Shown: positions 52,247 through 64,000 of the stretch, in pieces | How positions within the stretch are numbered: position 1 is the first letter of the stretch | Layout of the letters: each line of letters begins with the position of its first letter | NCBI RefSeq assembly: GCF_964204645.1 | Contig: NC_134025.1 | Span: 6,696,001 to 6,760,000, forward strand | DNA: 64,000 bases | Direction of reading: 5' to 3' | From: Tubulanus polymorphus | Taxonomy: Eukaryota > Animalia > Nemertea | The notes under the pieces: generated by a model | What the model was told of the DNA's origin: nothing | The model's database searches: none | Seen by the model: the letters and a program-made list of their open reading frames with translations, nothing else | Program-made: the position numbers and the translations under genes

Positions 52247-53489
52247 TCAAGCTGGGCCTTTCCAGACTAAGTTTAGCTGAAATGAGCAAAAGAATGATAT
52301 TCTGTAGTTACACAATCCTTTCTGTATCATACATCGTAATATACAGTGTATCAACTTAACTTTCAATATTGCTGAGTTCAGTGTTCTTTTTTCGGCATCG
52401 TCTTCGTTGTAGTCGCCTTCAGCATCTTCTTCATCTTGGGAATCCTGAAATAAAAAAAAGAGAAGAGCGATGAAAACCTGGTACGGAACAAAACTAATGT
52501 CGGCTCTCCGTCGTCGGTCACATGCCGAGAACACCAGACAAAGAGTCAGCCAGGAATATACTGCCCTCTACACGCCCTCACACAGAACGTGAAAACCAGG
52601 ATGACGACGCCTTACTTTCACCATTTACCGACAGGGTGTGCCGGGTGAAGTCGGTAACTGACAAACCTATCAAATTGCCCAAGCCAAAAATAGGGCAGCG
52701 AAACTGGATTTCCCGCACTAGCACTCAAAGGAAGACAAGACTTAATCCATGCCCGAAGCAACCCACAGGGAATCAATGAATACTAACACTCAAAGGAAGA
52801 CAGGGAAATTAATCCCTGCCCGAAGCAATCCCTTAAAAGGAATCAATGAATGCTAGCAGGCAAGCGATCCCGCAGTGAATCAATGAATCCTAGCACGCAA
52901 AGGAAGACAGGAAAATTAATCCCTGCCCGAAGCAATCCCTTAGAAGGAATCAATGAATGCTAGAACGCAAAGGGAGACAAGACTAAATCTTTGCCCGAAG
53001 CAATTCCTGAAAAGGAATCAATGAATACTAGTAGACAGTCCAGCTTTACCACTCCATTTTTAACCCGTGCAATCGGACCGACTTGCCCGTCATTGACATC
53101 ACCCAGCATATTCTGTAGATAGGTGGGGAGAGTGAGGTCTCGTCATCCTGGTTTCCGTGTTCCATATGAGGGCGTGTAGAGGGCAGCCATTTCCTGACCG
53201 GCTCTTTGTCTGACATCCTCGACATGTGACCGGCGATGGAGAGCTGACGCTTTCGGACATTAGTTTTGTTCCAGAAAACATTGAAATTCGACAGAGAAAT
53301 CGGCCCTGAAAAATAAAACGGGTTAAAACCTGAAAAATAGAACGGATTAATAAACACAGAACAGTACAGGACAGCACAGAGACGAACAGTAACACATAAA
53401 ACATAAAGACGTCGTTCCTCAGGAAGCAGGAAAAGGAGCAGGAGCGGGAGCGCAGCGAAGATCGCCAGGAGGAGAATCCACGGTAGCAT
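52247..53489 (-). CDS. Candidate small spliced gene, ~66 aa prepropeptide-like (53489-53403, 52444-52361, 52276-52247)
   Basis: Strong acceptors before exons 2 and 3, donor AAA|GTTAAG, ATTAAA ~220 nt after the stop, and CCAAT and TGACG motifs just upstream of the ATG. The first donor (TAT|GTTTTA) is weak. Confidence 0.35.
52485..53272. mobile_element. Fold-back structure: two inverted LINE-like (RT C-terminus) fragments flanking a tandem repeat
   Basis: Arms 52485-~52680 and ~53070-53272 are reverse complements: perfect for the outer 17 bp, diverged inside. They translate to RQLSIAGHMSRM...ALYTPSH.T.KPG..R, with stops and frameshifts. Confidence 0.7.
52715..53030. repeat. ~65-70-bp tandem repeat (4 full copies plus 1 short copy)
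   Basis: Unit CTAGCACGCAAAGGAAGACAGGGAAATTAATCCCTGCCCGAAGCAATCCCTTA.AAGGAATCAATGAAT. Confidence 0.9.
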
Positions 53490-54330
53490 GTTCACACACG
53501 ACGGTACGAGTAAAGGCAAATGCGACCATGTCGAACGTTATGACGTAGCGCGTCTCTATTGGTTAAATTGATTGTTGCGCTAAAAATAGCTTCGCGGTTG
53601 AGCGCGCGTGTTGAATGAATACGGAACGGCACCCGGACTAATGTCACGTTTTAAGGTATTAAGTTTTAGGGATTCGAACCGAAACATATCTAAAACGAAA
53701 TTATACGTGTTTTAGCGTTTAGCTATGTTCCAGTTTTCTCAACTTTCGCCATATTAATTTCCCAGGGCGGCGCTGAAAACCAGGAAGTAATTTTGTCATT
53801 TTGCCGGTTTTGGGCCTCCGAAATCTCAAAGTTTTGGAAGAATTTAAGGTAGAATAGACAGTTCAGTCATCCAAATACCCAATAGTATTAAAACCCATCT
53901 AAAAACGAATCGAATGATACCTTATATGTCTATATGGCATTGGAAATAAGTGAGATATTCCCAGTTTCTCGTACTACTTCAAAACTAATTTTATGAGCTA
54001 GCGTTTTTACCTTATTAATTTTGATGACTTTTACCCGAATATAATTAGGTTCATTCGAAATCTGAAAACATACGTAATTAGATCTTGTTCTCCTGTCAAT
54101 TTTGATATATAGAATGTGTACTCCCTATTACGAGTTGACTTAGAATTTGCGTCATCAAGTTAGGCCTAATCGTAAACTGCGGACCAAATTCGAAAATTAT
54201 TGTAATTGGACTAGTGCCACAGTCTATAAAACACATACTGAGACTTATTGAATCCTGAAATGAAGGACTGTTATGGGAGTAATCATTTGGCATAAGGAAA
54301 TATTGAATTCGTTGCGTAATATGTCTAAAC

Positions 54331-54606
54331 TAGGATTTTCCACGAGAAAGGCGTAAAAGCGCAGGCGTTACCTCAATTTTGGCTCTGACACAGAAATTTG
54401 TGTGCAGGTCTTCGGGTGGTGGGGCCATTTTTGTAGGGGATTTCCCTGAAAATTCTGACTAATTACTGCGCTGTCACAGTAAACAATTGATTAATACAGA
54501 CTCGAAAATGTGTGTCTGTCCTGTCCAACAGTGCCGCACCCTTGTTGTGGAAACGGCTAAAGGGAAATAAATTTGATTGATCTGTTTCTCGTGGAAAACC
54601 AGCCTA
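54331..54606. mobile_element. MITE-like element
   Basis: TAGGATTTTCCACGAGAAA...TTTCTCGTGGAAAACCAGCCTA inverted termini. Confidence 0.55.
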
Positions 54607-55259
54607 TGGCTCATTTTCACGCATCTCACATCTAATGTCGAATTCAGTTTTGTTTGAAAGGATATCAGGTTGTCTGGCTCAGTAAGTGTTTAGCGTAGGC
54701 CTACTAGGGACCTATGTTTATTGTATTGGAAGATTGCCAAAAATCTTTGAATTGTTAATTTTATTTTAAAGATAATATATTTTTTGTTTTATAGGATTCG
54801 TCAGTGATTTGTCAGACATAGCAGATATTTTATAACCGATTTTCCCATTCAAATGTAAGTTGTATCAAGCAGAAATTTGCATTTTTTTCATATTTATTTG
54901 TTTATAACATAATATTGACATTTGTTTATTTCAGGTAGATGGCAAGTAGCGTGCATTTGGTTCTGATGGTACCCATGGAATTCAGCAGTTGGCCTTCCAT
55001 ATCATATCAATACATTTTACAAATTAGTAACCGCAATTGCTCAAATGGCTTGTTGCATTCAAACCTTCTGTCTCATTGTTTTAGGTTGGAAATAAAAGAT
55101 TGATGTACTTTCAATTTGCTTCTTTTTCTGACTGCGATATATATTACCACGTCTACAGCTCGTTGAACCCGGGTTTCAAAGTATGCGGGTTCATATGAAC
55201 CCAGCGTTTGCAGGGCTGCATCTACACTTAATTTAGCTCCAGTAACTGAATCCACATCT

Positions 55260-55390
55260 GGTCTCAGTTTCACAAAAGAGTTAAACTCAAATTTTTGGTG
55301 TAATTGCTATTGGGTACTTCATGTTTTGAATGAGGACAACAATTCAAACTTAACCGTTTTAGGCTTAAACTTTTTCGTGAAACTGGGCCC
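55260..55390. mobile_element. PIF/Harbinger-like MITE, second copy
   Basis: Aligns with 46312-46525; ends TTTTCGTGAAACTGGGCCC. Confidence 0.7.
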
Positions 55391-58329
55391 TGTAGAGTTT
55401 TTCGTGAACATAGGTTCAATTCTCAATAGGTTATATAACTCCTTTTTCAAAAACCTGGCTTTTTGCATTCAACCCGTGTTTCGAGCTTAGTGTAGACGCA
55501 TAACCTCGGTATAAGATGCAAGTGTAGACGAAGCTTCTCTTATTTTCTTCTGTTAGTAGGAATGAATAGGAATTCACGACTTCAAGAATACGCATAAGAA
55601 AAAGCTCTTTTATATGTTTAGATTTATTCAAACATCAAAGTGAAAAGATGGAAACAAGTAAAATCTTGACAATCCCCAGTTTAAAGATTCAACTTCATGC
55701 CCTTGTACTTGATATCTGCATCACCTAAAAATGAATAAAAGCAAACAAAAAAATCAATTGATTGCTGAAAGTTAAATGATTCAAAACAGCAGCGATGACT
55801 ACAGATGATGTATTTACCATTCAGTCAGTGAGGCCTACTCACTTTTTATCATCTCCAATCCTGTAAACCTGGCTTATCTAGTCACAAGTTGACCTCTAAA
55901 TTAGCATTGTTCGGGTTCCTGTAACAGGCTGAACTCTCTGAAAAAAAAAAACATTGCCTTTGAAATAAAAAAATTGCATGTGGAAATTTATTTCAAGACT
56001 TCATAGTTATGTAAATAAATGACATGAATAGCCTACCGTCTTACGACTCTAAGAGGCCTAGGCCTACTTTTCGGGTCCATGGAATAATCATTCGACACTA
56101 GTAGATGGTGGTCTGTCAAAAATGTTTCCTAAAAATAAGATAAGTAGCAGTGAGTACACTACCTACACGTACACTCAACCCCCAGTAGATTGTTTGATGA
56201 GAACCTAATCTACTAAAGTATCGCTTGTCCATGTTTTTGTAGACTACATTAAAGTGTGGATGGAGTAGACACTTGAAGATAATTAGACACCGTAGAATTG
56301 AGTGCAGGACACTTACATTTGTTTCGTTTATTCTTCTCGTTAGGACCTTGGCTGCTTCGGGAATCAGGTTCCGATTCGATGCGACAGAAGAGTAGTAGTA
56401 GGCCTGTACCACATGGCATGACCGAGTACCGACAGCTGATATTTTATCGGTCGTAGCGCACTATTTTATCATGATCCATAGCCATATTCCAACCTTGGTG
56501 CCTTGAGTGCGGTACAGTTATTCTTTTAAACGGACTTGGGCCATTTGTGATGTGAAATACTACATTTTATACCAGATCCAGTCAGTTAAAGAACATTCTC
56601 CGTCTTGTTTATCATGACGGCCGCCATTTTGACTAGCGGTAATTGATGATTGACACCAATCAAATTTTTAAAACTAATCTTCCAGCGATGTTGCTTTCAA
56701 TTAATTTTATGTTTTATATGTTATTTATAGTCTTTAAATGGATTCTTTTATAAATATTATTTAAAATACATCGCAGAATAGATTTTAGATCCTTCCACGC
56801 GCGTATCGCGAGACCGCGCGGTGTTGTTTATTAAGAGTATTATGACGTCATAACAACATTCGCGCACCTAGATAGTTCACGTGTTTGGTGTCAAGGTCGC
56901 TGAAAGTTGCGGCTCTGTACCTTCGTGCACAGTGTGAGTAAGCTGAGGTGAATGGCCTATGCTTGGTGTACACCGTGGTCAGCTGGTGACGTATTCAATA
57001 GCGCGTATAAATGATCAGATGATATCAACAACTCTGAAAAACCGCAATTGTGTCTCTATTGTTGAATGGATTTTACATTATGAAAGGTTCCACCGCCGGG
57101 TTGAATACGCGCCAGTAGTCAGCTGAACAATATAGTGGAGGAACCTTAATAAGGCCATGAAATAAATTACTTGATTCCTAACGGCTACTTCCGAATTTAT
57201 TAGCCGCCGCCTGTTTTTTTTTTCTTAAATTCTAGAATAATTTATAGATTATACCGACCGATAACACTTCAGTTAAAGATTCACACCAACACAGGTCTTC
57301 ATATCATAGAAACCGCGTAAACATTTACTAATGAAATTAGTTTATTTTAGTCACAACTACGAAAGGACAGTTCATGCACCCGAGATAACTAACTCACACC
57401 ATGCACGAGGAAAGCGGTCTATTTGAGACATTGGGGGAAAACCCACTAATACCATGTATTTGGTATTAACCTTGCCAATATCTGATACCGAAATTCCTAG
57501 AACAAATTACTACAGATCGTGAGCAGTGGGGACACAAAGTACACGACATCTTGCAGCGGTACCGAACCCTGGGGACTGCTGCACTCTGAAGGAGCCCAAG
57601 TTAGATTTGGAACACAGGCCAGGTCCTATAGTCATCATTTGCCCTAAACGACTTCGATAATATAACGAGCGCGGTCCTAGTTAATTCTCTTGCCTGCGGT
57701 GAACAAGTGATGCATTTCCCTAGAATAAGATCAATCCTCACAATAAATATAACGACGAAAAATTGAAAAGAAGGGAATATTCAAGGTATATTTCTTCTAA
57801 TAATATGATAGTTTGATTTTTACGCTGAAGACACGAATAAACAACAAAAAAATCAGAACACGAAAACACGCCGGAAAGTGCTTTCGCGAATTACAAGAAA
57901 TTGTTTACTTTTCATCTGAATTTGGTTTAGGAAGTTGAGTCCAGGAGGAGGGGAGGAGAGAGGGAGAGATATGACAGGGCGAGGGTGAAAGAGAGGACTG
58001 GAGAGAGGGAGAGATAGGACAGGGACACACATTTTTGTTTTTTGTCTGTTTGTTGTTATTGTTGTTTTCTTCATTCACAATCTTATACTTTGGATTTATG
58101 AATAAATTGAAATTGAAATTGAAATTGAAAATTGAAATTAGAACAAACTGTAAAAAATGTAGGCAAACGTTAGAAGCCTAAAGAATCTTAAATCTGTATT
58201 GCGTTTACAGTAGTTTATAGCAGGGCTCAATAAAATTGAATTCGAAAATTGAATTTGAAGGATTCGAACCTACAAGGAGTAATTAGAGTTTGATTGACAG
58301 CTCTGCAAATTGATTGTTTACGGTTTTGA

Positions 58330-64000
<5,671 letters not shown>

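Overview
AT-rich, intron-dense animal genomic DNA, probably an invertebrate (the species cannot be determined from the sequence). I assembled five spliced protein-coding genes by hand, and exon phases are consistent in all five: (1) an uncharacterised ~1219-aa ankyrin-repeat gene (+, 1143-8000, 18 coding exons); (2) DNAJC7/TPR2 co-chaperone (-, 16254-11624, 13 exons); (3) an SRSF4/5/6 (B52/SRp55)-type SR splicing factor (+, 17353-21731), head-to-head with DNAJC7; (4) FEZ1/2 (UNC-76) (-, 46030-26644) with long introns; (5) the 5' part of EML5/6 (+, 58523 to the window end). The SR gene is the richest locus: a candidate stop-containing poison exon in the SWQ|DLKD intron, several frame-preserving microexon candidates, a long hairpin beside one of them, and an intronic C/D snoRNA with an antisense element to 28S rRNA. 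The 46-58 kb interval is accessory DNA. It holds MITEs, minisatellites (one tRNA-like), a fold-back element built from inverted LINE fragments, and a candidate small spliced gene shaped like a prepropeptide (hydrophobic leader, acidic spacer, KR, short basic peptide). No prokaryotic-type system (CRISPR, operon) is present. Most ORF-track entries are exon fragments or noise.
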